Assembly: GCA_028534125.1 (NCBI GenBank)
Contig: CM052838.1
Coordinates: 14,074,001-14,138,000, forward strand
Direction: 5' to 3'
DNA from: Lama glama
Taxonomy: Eukaryota
DNA: 64,000 nucleotides
Part shown: one piece after another, positions 40,113-52,674 of the stretch
Position numbering within the stretch: position 1 is the first letter of the stretch
How the letters are laid out: every line of letters begins with the position of its first letter
Made by a program: the position numbers and the translations under genes
The notes under the pieces: generated by a model
Database searches by the model: none
The model's input: the letters and a program-made list of their open reading frames with translations, nothing else
Told to the model about the DNA's origin: nothing

Positions 40113-42070
40113 GTTCCTGGGCCTTTCTGAGGACGAGGGCAGGAGGGGCCGTAGGAGAAGGAGCCCCTCTGGCTGATGGGGCTGGGGAGGTGAGCAGCCA
40201 GTCCCTGTGCAGGAGCCCCCGGTGGCTGCCTGCTGCCCTGCCTCACGGTTGGTTTCCTGCCCTGCTCCTCTGCTCCTGGCCCTTTGTTCCTCTCAGTCCT
40301 CTTGGGTAGATAAAGGGTGAGCCTCGAGCCCGCCTCGGCCTGGCCCCTGGGTCGCTGTGCTGTAAGGTGATCAGCTCTGCCCATCAGCCTGGGACCGAAG
40401 AGGCTCCCGGGACCCTGGGCGGTGCTGTGGGTCCCTCCACTCGTGCCGCTGTGTGCCACTGGCCCAAGAGAAGCATCCAGGCTGAGGCCACCATCTCTGA
40501 GGGCTCTGAGGCCGATGTGCTCTAGTTATCCTGTTGGCCTTTTTTTTTTTTAACTTTTTTCTCCCCTAATTAGAAGAATCAATAAGTCATTGACTATGGG
40601 AGAAGGAGGGTAGGCCCCCCTCATTGCCTCGGGGAGGCTGGCCAGAGGTGGGCTTGGCTTTGTCCATAAGGATGGGGAGGAGTGAGGTGCGCTTTGTGGA
40701 CCAGGTGAGGTGGTGGGACAAGAAGACAGGTAGGGGGAGAATATTCCCTTGGGGTGGGACTCGTGGTTTCAGGTCAGAGAATCCTGTTGAAGAAGGGGAG
40801 AGAGGTACCCCAGGTGAGCAGACCCGCGCTCTAGGTGATGCAAGTGCCTGGAATAGGTAGAAAGGACCATGTTTGTTCGGGTAAGAGGAAGCCTTGGCTC
40901 CTAGCCAAAGAACAGCGTAACTCTGTGTGGTGTGAAGACAAGTGATTCCCAGCCCCCAGGGACATAGCTTCAAAAGCAAAAGGATGTCTCTGGGTCTTAA
41001 ACCCTGCAGGAGGGTCTGCCAAACAGGGCCAGGACCCAGAAGGGGCCCTCACGTCATTTCACCACCTTCTCTAGACTGGAAGCCCTCATCCTGTGATCCA
41101 GCCCTTAGCAGGGACCCTCCCGGCTGAGAGCATCAGATAGTCTCTGAGATTCCGGGCCTATCCCTGAGCTGGCAAACCTGCTAGGAAACTCTATTTCTTA
41201 AGGCTAAGACAATCTGACAGCGCTTCCTCCTGCCCTTACCCTTTCTGAGGCAATTAAACTGTAGAATCAGAGTGGCAGTTAGGGGAAAGATGCTAGCTGC
41301 AGAGTGATCTCAGCCATCTGAGCTGTCTCACTTCAGCTCTTCTCCTTCTGGAGACCAGGGTGATTCTGCTCACCTAACCTGCCGGGGTGGTCAACACAGC
41401 CCAGGTCTGGCACTGGGAGGGGCAGGGCTCCCTCCCCAGCAGTCAGTCCTCAGAGGGCTGATAGCTCAGGTCTGTGGTTGTGTAGAAATACGAAGTCCTA
41501 TTGATCGCCTCTCCTCTAGCCTTGTAGAGTTACCCCAGAGAAGTATTTATGAGGGTGATAACCAGCCCAGGATTGATTTCTTTCCCGAAGTCCCACGTGA
41601 TATGATTGAGCAGTAAGGAACGGCGGCATCGCACAGTCAGCTAAAAGCTCTCTGGGGAGAAGAGTGTTTATAATGATGTTATTTATCTCTGGATGCTGAG
41701 AATGGCCCGATATTAGTGCTACCACGGTGATCCATTGACATTTGTCCAATCAGAGCGTATAGAGCCCAGAGCTGGGTGCAGGCATGTGAGGAAGCCGTGG
41801 TGGGTGACACTTACCCTGAGGAAAAACAGGTTTCATTTTCTTCCCATCAGCACTTTGGGGTCGAGGGAGTCCTGCGCTGGATGGTCAATTTTTTCATATA
41901 TATTTCTCTATTTTTTTAAACAAATTCTGGTCTCACTGCCTTATCCCACCCACACTCAAGTCTTTTTGTTTGTTTGTTTCCCTGAAATGACCTGCCTTCT
42001 GGGGTATACCATGGGTGTCTTCTCGGGCAGCTTTGCTTAGAATGGATGTCAGGGAGAGGAGAGAGATGGG

Positions 42071-42104
42071 GTGTGTGTGTGTGTGTTCGTGCGCGCGTGC
42101 GTGT
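42071..42104. repeat. (GT)n/(GC)n tract in the 3'UTR
   Basis: gtgtgtgtgtgtgtgttcgtgcgcgcgtgcgtgt. Confidence 0.9.
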
Positions 42105-42162
42105 ATCAGAGAGAAAGAGAATAAGACAGCAGGTGCCTCTCTGAGGGAAAGATACTCTGCTT

Positions 42163-42168
42163 ATTAAA
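42163..42168 (+). terminator. Candidate polyadenylation signal ATTAAA
   Basis: ATTAAA followed ~22-55 nt later by tggtgttatt and tttatgttattttt (GU/U-rich downstream element). Confidence 0.6.
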
Positions 42169-42306
42169 AAAAAGAAATCTTAACACCTCATGGTGTTATT
42201 CCTCACCAGGTTTATGTTATTTTTTAAAATTTCCTACCCTTGGCATGAGGGGAAATGATTGAGATTCAAGCAAGTTCTATAGAAAAAAATTCTTCCCGAC
42301 TCAGAT

Positions 42307-42474
42307 NNNNNNNNNNNNNNNNNNNNNNNNNNNNNNNNNNNNNNNNNNNNNNNNNNNNNNNNNNNNNNNNNNNNNNNNNNNNNNNNNNNNNNNNNNNNNN
42401 NNNNNNNNNNNNNNNNNNNNNNNNNNNNNNNNNNNNNNNNNNNNNNNNNNNNNNNNNNNNNNNNNNNNNNNNNN
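42307..42474. other. Assembly gap (168 N)
   Basis: Run of N. Confidence 1.
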
Positions 42475-43924
42475 TTGCTCCCTACCCTCTTCTTCTCTCG
42501 GGTGAAGAAATGGTCTCTGCTTGTTCCTGGGCGTGAGCTGGGTTCCATCCCACTGGTGTGGATGGTCATGAGTGAAAATTCTTAGGCCTCAGATACGATT
42601 GAAGGTAGAGGCATCCCCTCCCCTCCCAGTATGTATACAGTCTCCCCACATCGACTGGGGAGCAATGTGAGGGACCGGCTGAGAAGTAATCCTAATTTTT
42701 GGTTATCCTAAGAGTTTCCTGTAATATGGGACTTCTTGGAAAATTCTTAGGAGAGAATTGGGCCACACAACCTCGGGAAGTGTTTCTATGGCCTTGCGGA
42801 ATGAAGATCCTTTTAAGCATCATGTGACTTTGTTTCTTCTCTCAACTCTATACCTGCTCTGACCTCAGACAAGTTGCTTCCCTGTGCTTCAGCCTTAGGG
42901 CTAAGGAGCTATCATTCTTTGAGGACTCACAGCTTGGCTTCTCAATATTTGGCCCTCAGAAGGTCCATGGGTACCAATTTCCAGTGAACATCCAGATGCC
43001 CTGTCATTTCTATGGCCCTGGGATCACCAGCCTGGGCCCTGGACCTCCAGATTCACATGCTCCCCAGCCTCACCTTCTGCATCACAAGGTCCCCCTCTGA
43101 CTTCCAGGCCTTCGTGGGAGAAACAGCCCCACTGCCAGCCTTGGGCCAAATAGGACTGACTTGAGGAGTTTGATTTTCATGATCAAGATCTCAACTCCTG
43201 GGCACTGAAAGGAGACTGTCTGGGCCGTGTCCTTCTGTCCCTACACCCATGAGAGACTTCTCCAGTGCTGGCTGCAGGTTCCAGAGGCTGGGGACAGGGA
43301 GGCAGGGACCACACAGACATTCCCAGATTATCTGAACAGACACATGGATCTGGACAGGAATCCCAAAGGGTTTCTATATTTTCTTACAAAAAAACTGCCC
43401 AGCTTCTAAATTCTGAATCCTTCTAAATCTTGCCAAAGTGAAGCCAATTCCGTACTTCATCTTATCTTTTCAAGCATTGAAAGAAGACCAAGGACACACA
43501 AAGGAAGAAGAGACCACTGGGATCACACAGAAGGAATGCTCAGTTCCTCTGGTCTGCGCCTTCTTTAATAATCACAGGGATATAGGCAAGATCCAGTGGG
43601 GAACTTGGGTCTCTGTGTGGCCTTATGCTTCCAAGGCAAAGGATTACTTACTCATCACCCTCTGCCTTTATTGTCTGCCTTTATTTCTGGAGGAACTCAC
43701 CTTTCCCTCCCACAGCTACAGGCTCAAAAATTAGCCTCTATGTCTTAACAAAAGCCTTGTTTTGCACTCCTAACCTTGGCAATGCAAGATGAGATAAAAG
43801 CTCAAAATATTTTAACTGGCCTTTTCTGACTATGAACACAGTAAAAGAGACAGCATTTCTGTTCCTGGTGTGACATTTTTTCGTATCTAAAATATTCTTT
43901 TATTTCATATCATTGGTGGCTTTT

Positions 43925-43930
43925 AATAAA
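43925..43930 (+). terminator. Candidate distal polyadenylation signal AATAAA
   Basis: AATAAA in a T-rich upstream context with ttatgtttg/ttattatt downstream. Confidence 0.3.
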
Positions 43931-44929
43931 TGAAATTATGTTTGATCCTTATTATTCTCACCTTTCATACCAGGAAACTCCAGATAGGTAACAATTTCCT
44001 GTGCCAATAGCTTTAATTACTGTCTTTTTTTCCTCTTCTCTGCAACGTAAAGTCAGAGAGACTGTTTATTAGAGAAGTACACATATTCCAAATGAATCAG
44101 ATGAGCTAATTAATAGTCACCTTCTGTAAGGGAGAAAGGGACGATGGTCAGTGATATCAGACCCTCCCTCCAACTTTCATTCTCTGACCTCTGAACTTGA
44201 TATTGGGTGTTGAGCGCCAGAGAGAGGAGAGGTTCTCTCCATAGCAAGGAAAAGACAAAAAAAAAAAAAAAACCTCTTGCTACAGAAATTTGCAATGGCC
44301 AATGGTCAGGATTGGAAGAGGAGGGCAGCAGGGTGAGCAATAAAATGTGTCCCAGGAGCGCTCAGCGGTTGGCAGAGTCAAGCATACGGTTGCCAGGGGC
44401 AACCAGGTATCCCAGCTCAGAGGAAAACAAGATATCCACCAACACACCGAGACTTATCCACCAATGGAATCAGTGTACACAGGCTATATGCACACTCATG
44501 CACGGACACTGAGGTCCATGCACACACATTCGCCATTTCAGGCACAGGCATGTGGAGTTTAAAAGCACTTAGCAATGCACTTGTGTGATGGAAGCAGGTA
44601 AAATCCTGCTCATTAGGGAGGAAAGTGGCTGTTTCAGAGCATCTCTGCCCAGTGCACGGTCTCAATGCAACAATCAGCCAAGTGGCAATCAGCCGTCCAG
44701 GAGGGAGAAGCATTTCCTGCAAAGTGACCTCTCTCTGGCCAGATGGCCCAGTGTGCACGGTGAACTGTCCTTTGTCACCAAACCCTTCCTCTGATATCCT
44801 TCTGATTTTCAACCAGAATCCCTGAAACATGCAAAGAAACCTCAAACACTCTTTGAGGCATCCCTAATTGTTTCCAAATAAGAATGGACATAACCATATC
44901 CATATCAGCAACTTTTTATTGATCAGGTA

Positions 44930-45412
44930 CATGCAAACCACGAAGATACTGCAAGTTTCGTTCCAGACTACCGAGGTAAAGTGAGTCACCAGAATTTTTT
45001 GTTTTCCCAGTGCATGTAAAAGTTACATTTATACTCTATTGGAGTCTATTAAGTGTGCAATAGCATTATGTCTAAGAAAACAATTTACCTACCTTAATTA
45101 CAAATACTTTCTGGCTAAAAAATGCTAACCATCATTTGAGCCTTCAGGGAGTCGTAACATCAGAGTGCAATAGTGACATCAAAGATCACTGACCACAGGT
45201 CACTATAACAAATACGATAATGATACAAAAGTTTGAAATATTGTGTGAATTAGCAAAATGTGTCACAGAGACATGAAGTGAGCAAATGCTGTTGGAAAAA
45301 TGGTGCCAATAGATGTGTTTGATGCAGGGGTGCCAGAGAGTTTCAGTTTATAAACAACGCGGTATCTGCAAAGAGCAATCAAGCAAAATGAAGGGCAGTA
45401 ATACGGGGTATG
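44930..45412 (-). mobile_element. Tigger1 internal-deletion derivative (~480 bp)
   Basis: Both Tigger1 ends are joined: gttccagactaccg...ttttcccagtgcatgtaaaagtta and atcaaagatcactga...tgctgttggaaaaatggtgccaataga; TA on both sides. Confidence 0.8.
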
Positions 45413-46499
45413 TACTCCACCCTTTATGTACAGATGCTCTCTCGTTCTCAGGTCAGCCCTGCAAGGTAGAAACTATTAGTCCAAATTTGTAGGAAGGGAA
45501 GATGAGACTCAAAAAGGCATGGTCCCAAAGCTGGTAATTGATCATGCTGGGATTCACACTTCCTACATGTCTGAGTCCACAGTCATGTTCCTGCCGGCAC
45601 AGCTGGCTCTCCATCGGTAGGGAGCACACCTGCTGTCCCTCAGCCGCTGTCCCTTGTTGGCTTGCTCTGTCCCAGGGTGCTCTGTCACCACTCCTACAAT
45701 CTCCCTCAGCCTCCACGTCTGCTGCCTCCTCTCCAGGGGCCTCAGGATTTGTTAGTGACTGTTAGCTTATGCATCCCTGCAGTGGCTGTGGTTATCCTGG
45801 GCTAACGGGGTCATTCCTGTCCACAGATGATGGGCTGAGTACCTTCTCCTTTAAAGAGCCCTTAATCAGGCAGGGCGTCAGCATCTGCCAGATTCACTCA
45901 GAAGATGGGCTGCTTCTCAAGGGTATTTCTTCCCCCCAAAGCCCCTCCTTCTACAGAAAGCAAACTGTGTATCAGGCCAAGAGATGCTCCAGGGCTGACT
46001 AGTGCTCTAAAGCACTGTAGGATTCTCTCCAGAGCAGGAATTCCTCCCCTGAAGTCCCTGGATAGATCTCAGAGGTGCCTGAGAATCTTCTAAAATCGTT
46101 CATCAGATCATTGAGTTACTCTCTGTGTGTGCCTATTTCTCTAGAACGAGAACATATCTCCCAGTATATTCTTAAAACTCTCTTATAAAAACTCAAAGAA
46201 ACTACCCATAAGAGCTAGGAGTCAGGCAAGCCTCTGGGTCCCACTCTCCCAATGCCAGTGCTTAGATGTCATCGCATGTTGGTACCTGTCTGAGAGGGGG
46301 AAATCATTACAGAATGGTAGCCAGAGGAGGGAATGTGAGAAATGCATTGCAGGGTGGACCCTTGGGACTTTAACCCAGAGGCAGGGAAGTCCCGCTGGCA
46401 GAGCACACTGGAAACTACAGGATGTAGGGGCGATGAGACGATGCTGATGGCGTAATCCTGATGCATGGGAAGGTGGTCCAGACAAGGCAAAGGAGCAGA

Positions 46500-46860
46500 T
46501 ATTCAAACTGGCTGAGTCTGGGCTGGAATCCTACTTCTGGCACATATTGACCGTGACATTTTGAGAGTACACTGTTTTTTCACTTCTTTGAGTCTCACTG
46601 CTTTATTCATATATTGATGACAATAATATCTGTCTCATTGTCTTTTGTGAGAATGCCATAGTTAGTCACGACAAAGATGGCTGGAAGTTACAGAGTGCGT
46701 AACATGTGCCAAAGTTTTCTCTGTATCATCTCCTTTGTTCCTATTATTATCCTGCATGGTAGCTAATGAGGAGAATGAGGCTCAGAGAAGCTCAGTGACT
46801 TGCTTACGTGATGGAGCAGTGATGTGACATCTGGGCAGTCTGAGTGCAGAGTCTGTGCTT
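46500..46860. mobile_element. Two adjacent MIR fragments in opposite orientation
   Basis: Forward core ctttgagtctcac..cttta.tcat...ttgtgagaat; reverse core aatgaggagaatgaggctcagagaagctcagtgacttgc. Confidence 0.65.
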
Positions 46861-48294
46861 TCCCTCATGACCCAGTATTAGCACTTTCCACTGAAAGTGT
46901 CAGCACATGGCCCGGGTCATATCAGCACCCGTCCTCCTATGCCTGGCTCCATGGGAGGAGGGGGGCAGGGAGAAGGCATGCATGTCCCTTGGACCTCAAG
47001 CTAGACAAATGCTGAATGTCAATAAAATAAGCAGGACCTGGCTTTTTCCTTTGCTTCTGACTTTCCAGCTCTGTTATCCTGGATTTAAGGTGATGAGAAT
47101 AAATCTGTAGAGCTATCCGTGACCTATGACGTCAGAACGAAGTTTTCCCAGTTCACAAGCTCCCCTCTTCTGATGGCTGAGCCTCCTGTCGAACCCACAC
47201 AGATGCTGGCAAGCAGGGCCATGCTTACCTCTGTTTCGTGGAGGTCAAATTACTTGCTTCTGCATTAAGGTAGAGCCAAATGAACCTCTACAGAGGGCAG
47301 CATGGCTTGGCACTCATACAGTAAGCACAGACTGGGAATCAAACAGATCTGACTTAAACTCTGGTCTTTGTCGCTCATCTCTGGTCCCATCACTGTCATC
47401 TCTGAGCCGCTGTTGTGTCCTTTCACCTGTAGAATGGGCCCCGGATCCTGTGGTTGTGAGGATCAGTGATAAGTCACCTGCACAAATACATCTCATATAT
47501 GGCAGCCCTTGCGGTGATCTGCATACCTACAGCATCCCACTTCTCAGTGGGAACTGCTCAGACTCTGAGCTTAGCCAACCGTCTCATTCATAGTGTCCAC
47601 ATACAGGATGCTTCCTTTCAGCTCGGGCAGCAGGCAAAGTTGCCTGCCAGGACAAAGAAAAGCAACATTTCCATGTTCAGTCCTGGCACTGGGACACCCA
47701 CCCTGTGTCCCATCCCTGTCCCGCTGGGAGCTGACAGTGCCTGCAGCCCTCACCTCTGTTCCTGAGACCCGCTCAGGTAATAATTCTGATTGTTCCCAGA
47801 AAAGCAGATGAAAAGCAGCCTGGCTTACCTAGAGTGGCATGAATTGATTGAGAGCCATTCAGTTGGTGCCCTCTCAGCGCCTGACTTCCCTGTGTGCTCA
47901 TGATGAAATGCAGATGAGAGAAGAAGCAGGCTGGGGGAGGGTGAGCATCCAAAGCTGCAGAGTCAGAGACCTCGGGGATATAGTTTAAGGGATGAGGTTC
48001 AGAGTCACATATTCCATAAAACCCCAGACCTTCAGAGGCTTCCCTGGGTGATCGCCCTTTGATTTTGAAATAGGACCCAACTCCCTGTGTCTTATGAAAA
48101 AAATTAAAGCATACATGTGGTGCCGTGATCATTCTACATTTACTCCGTGCCTGCTTTTTTTGGTTCTGCCGCTACCTTAGGTGTGACGCTCACAGTGGCT
48201 GAATCTTCCTCCATCGGCAGCTTGTCATCTGGACAAATGTTATTTCAGGTAGAAGGAGCTTCTTGAATTCAGGAGAAAATGACGGAGCAGACTG

Positions 48295-48665
48295 CTAGAT
48301 CAGAAAGGATCCTGCCCGGTAAGACAAAGGGCGCATACTGAAGTTGAGGAATTTGAAGAGAGGGACTATTCAGAAAGATGTATGTGGGTTTTAGAAAGTC
48401 ACAAGGATAACGGAGAAGCCTGTGGTTAGAAGATTCTCTTACCCACTTGTGGCCATCCAGTGGTGACCCCATAAGGAGTCAGCAGACAGGACACATACTC
48501 CTACTCTACTGGTCCCCACCACCTCCTAATCTTCTGCCAGTCCCAAGAGCAGAGAGCAGCGAGCCCACCGAGACAGTTCTCACTGACCAGCCTCCCAGGG
48601 GCACAGAGCAGGGTGTTGGAGGGTGAACGGGTAAGGAGAAGGGGAGAAAGAAAAAATACTTAATA
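48295..48665 (-). mobile_element. LTR33-like ERVL LTR relic
   Basis: cagcctcccaggggcacagagcagggtg..ggagggtg matches the recalled LTR33 reverse consensus. Confidence 0.55.
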
Positions 48666-49124
48666 TCTCAGGATCCAGAGGTAGAAAAGGGCCAGTCACA
48701 TGGATTATATGTCTATCATGTTCTACGAGAATTAGCCCATTTCTTACCTTGGAAAATCAAGAAATCTCTTTTTGACAAATGAAGCCAAAAAGGCTCAGAA
48801 TAATTACGTGGTTTGCTCAGGGTGGTCCAACTGCTCTGTCAGCCTAAGTGAGACCTGTGCTCTTTGCCCCGCTAGGTTGCCCAGCGTGTTCAGAAGCTGT
48901 TGACATGAGATGCCTTCAGGCAGATACTTTGCCAGATCTGGGGCTCAGCCATCACGGATTGCAAGCCTGTGGGTGAGGGTAGGCAGAGGGGAGTATGTGA
49001 CATTTGTAGAGAAAACACTCATTTCCCTTTCCACAGTTGAGGCAGAGTGACTGCATCCTTCAAAACTCTAATTTAGTTGTTGTAGAACCACTCTTTTAAA
49101 TGGATTCCCAAATAATACTGAGGC

Positions 49125-49365
49125 GGAGCGCTACATAGAAGACAGTGAATTGGAATCAGAAAGGTGTGCTTTTGAAGTCAAGTTCTGCTATTTTCTTGCT
49201 ATATGACCATGAGTAAGTCACTTAACCTCCCTGAGTATCAGCTTTCTCATCTATAGAATCTATGCAATGAGGGCAGCAATCCCATCTCAAAGGACAAGAT
49301 CATAAAACTCGGGATAAAGCATCTAGTACCAGTGTTAGCGGCTGGCATCTAGCAAGTGCTTAATC
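49125..49365 (+). mobile_element. MIR SINE
   Basis: tatatgaccatgagtaagtcacttaacctccctgagtatcagctttctcatctata core. Confidence 0.8.
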
Positions 49366-49429
49366 GGGGATGAACATCACTCGTGTTGGAAAGGACCCAC
49401 CTGACTACAAGGCCACAGTTTTACAATAA

Positions 49430-51230
49430 ACATTTTTTTTTCAAAAAATTATAAAACACACACAGAAAAGTGCACAAATCATAAGGGTGCAGTTTGATTT
49501 ATTTTAACACGATAATCACTCTCCAGTAGTTAGCAACCAAAAAAGAAATAGAACATTACCACCTTCCCAGCTGACGCCCCTGGAACCCCAAAGGTGACCA
49601 CGACTCCCAGGTCTATAACCACTGATTAATTTCATGTCTTTTTGAAATTCATATAGATTGACTCAATTGTCCTTTTTTGGGTCTGACTTTTTTTTTCATT
49701 CAATGTTGCCTTTAGAGATTTCATTACATTCCTATGTGAAGTTCATTTTCATTGCTGGAGAGGATTTTTCTATGAATGTCACAATGTATGCAGTCTACTG
49801 TTGATAGACTTTTGGTTTGTTTTCATTTTGTTTTTAAAAATACCGTCCCTATGAACATGTAGGTGCTGTTAAAATGTTTTCAGAAAGACTTGTTCTGATT
49901 TATGCACTTTATCTGTGACGTTTGAGAGTGGCAATTATTCTATATCCTCGCTAACACTAGTGCTTTCAGATTATTTTAATTGTAGCCACTCTGGTGGGAA
50001 TGTAGTCTGCCAAACTGTGGCTTTCATTTGCATCTTCCTGCTGACTAATGAGACTGGGCCTGAACATATGCTTGTCTGGGTATCTGCTTTTGGGAAGTCT
50101 CTCTCTTCTTCCACATCGTGACTTGCCTTCTCACTCTCCTTCTAGTAACTTTTGATGAACAGAAGTTCTCCATCTAAATGTAGGCTCATGTATCAGTTTT
50201 TCCCTTATCTTCAGCGCACGGCTTGTCCCACTTCTCAAAGCTTGACCTAACCCAAGCCAGGGAAGTAGTCTCTGATGTTTCCTTCCAGAAAAAATTTTTT
50301 TGTTGTTTGTTTTGATTTTCACATTCACATCTACAATCCTCCTGGACTTAACTTTTGAGATAGAGGTTAAAATATATTTTTAAGAACATAGGTATTTGAT
50401 TATTCCAGGACCACTCATCAGAAAAAAGTACCTTTGCCATCCCCATCGCAGCTTCAGATCATAAATCAAGGGAGCCTGTATGTCGTCCTGTGTTCATATT
50501 CTGTTCTTATGGCCTGTTTGTCCATTTTTACTAATGTCACACTGTCTTAGTTGCTCTAGCTTTTTAATCAATCGTGACATCTGGGAATGTAAGCCAGTCC
50601 TTTGCGTTTGCACATAAATTTTAGAATCACCATCCTATTTTCCACAAAATTCCTCCTGACGCTTCGGTTGAAACTGCATTGAATCCCAAAATAGATCTGG
50701 GGAAAACTGACATCATTCCATTCCTTACTTTCAACTTTTCTGTGTTCTTATATTAAAGGTGTGGCATTTGTAAGCAGATTAAAGTTCTGTGTATGCACGC
50801 GCGCGTGTGTGTGTGTCTGTGTGTGTGTGTGTGGGAAGGTCTTTTAGTATAGTTTTTCTTTAGTATACCTTTAAAATTTTTAATTGAAGTAATTAGTCCA
50901 TTTGTGTTCAATGTAATAACTGATACATTGGGTTAGAATTATAATCTTAAGTTTTTTCTATTTGTCCCTCTTGTTCTATGTTAAATCATCTTTTTTTTTT
51001 TTTTTGCCTTCTTTATAGTGAAAACAATGCTTTGTCATTCAATATCCTGTCTCTGTTAGCGGGTTGGTTATACAGTCTTATATTCCCTAAATTCTTAAAT
51101 GAACTACCCTAAAGATATGAATATGTATTTTTACCATGCCCGAGACAAAGTCAGCACCTTAAAAGACTTTAAATCAATTCACTATTTTATTTCCCACCTT
51201 TTATTATTTTAATTCTACATATGTTTTTAA
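49430..51230 (-). mobile_element. Old L1M (L1ME/MD-like) relic
   Basis: acacagaaaagtgcacaaatcataag 3' end; tttcatttgcatcttcctgctgactaatgag; T-rich degenerate ORF2. Confidence 0.7.
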
Positions 51231-51487
51231 CAAGGTTCCAGGAGAAGAGGTCAGCATGTATCAAACACAACAACACGTGGGGCACCAGCTTCTTCTGGGG
51301 ATGCAGAGATGCACAGAAACTCCCATGGAGACGTCGCAGCATCCTGTGGTGAGACTGTGATGAAGATGGCCCTACACCCTCATCTGCCAGGGACAGTCCC
51401 GGTTTATGCTTACTTACTGCTCCAGCAGAGCTATGAATAGGTTCAATTAGAAGCGTAAGTTATGTGGCCACTCTGACTGTCATGGAA

Positions 51488-51930
51488 GTGATGATTAATA
51501 TTATGTGTCAATTTAGCTAAAGACATACACAGGTATTTGGCCAAACACCAGTCTAGATGTCTCTGTGAAGGTATGTTTAGGATGAGATAGACATTTAAAA
51601 TCAACAGACTTTGAATAAAGTAGATGACCTTCCATAATATGAGTAGACCTCATCCAATTAGTTGACGGCCTTCAGAGAAGATTGACGTCCCCAGGGAAGA
51701 CGGAATTTCGCCTCCATCCTGCCTTGAGGCTCAAGCTTCAACATCAACTCTTCCTTGGTCTCTAGCCTGCTGGCTTGTCCTGCAGATTTTGGACTTGCCA
51801 GCCTCCTCTATAGTTGCATGCATAATTACATGGGCCAATTTCTTAAAATCTGTCTCTCTCTCTCTGTGTACACACGCACACACCAAGACACACACACATA
51901 CACACACCCTATTAGTTCTATTTCTCTTGT
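51488..51930 (+). mobile_element. MLT2-like (ERVL) solo LTR
   Basis: gtgatgattaatattatgtgtcaa...ctcatccaattagttga.ggcctt...cctgcagattttggacttgccagcct...(ct)n(ca)n cctatt.gttct.tttctct. Confidence 0.8.
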
Positions 51931-52039
51931 GTAAGGGGCTATGGAGGCACAGTTCAGGCAACATTGTTTCTTCTGGACCCAGGAATTTAAAGGGCAGGCT
52001 GGCTACATGGCAAGGCAGGTGAGGGGGTGGTTAAGGGGA

Positions 52040-52390
52040 GAGGAGCTTGGGGATGCTGAGGAGTTCTGTGTGGCTGGGAACTGGTGGACTCCAGGAAGAG
52101 ACAGCTAGGGGTAAACTCTAAAGGGCCAAAGCAATTTGCACTTCGGATAAAGTGCTCACCAGGTAATGGGGAGCCACCAAGGAATTTAAACCCTGGGAGT
52201 GTTAGACTTTCCCTAAGGCTATTTCTGTCTCTACCAGTAGCTGAAGTGGTAGGGTGGGCAAAAAAAAAAAAAAAAGGCAGCAGGATAGGAGGTGCTGGCC
52301 GTAGCTCAGAGAGTGAGAGCATGCTTCTGAGCCAAGGCAGCAGCAGGGGAGGATGGAAAGGACAGAGATGGATTTGAGAAATATTATCCT
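52040..52390 (-). mobile_element. L2 fragment
   Basis: taatggggagccac..aggaatttaa...ggcagcagcagggga.gatgga...gatggatttgaga. Confidence 0.55.
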
Positions 52391-52674
52391 TCATGTCTTA
52401 ATTGTGATTGCACCTGTTTGGTGACACCTGTATCTTGAATAAATTCAACCACCTGTTTTCTCTATTCCTACACCCAGATGGTGGAGCACAGGTGATGGAA
52501 GCCACGCAGGAGAGCAGGTTGCTGCCCTTGTAAATTCATGATCACCAGTCTCAAGGAGACCTGGAAATTCTGCTAGGACATTCTGGCCAATTCAATCTTC
52601 ACTTTCCCCAGAAACTGTTCACGCTTTTAAAATGTATGGACTAGCTTCCTCTCCCTTCACTCAACATTCTTTAA

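Larger units (their letters stand above)
39776..42190 (+). other. GRID1: Probable GRID1 3'UTR
   Basis: Follows the stop codon, lacks recognisable interspersed repeats, and ends near ATTAAA plus a GT/T-rich downstream tract. The end coordinate is inferred. Confidence 0.6.
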
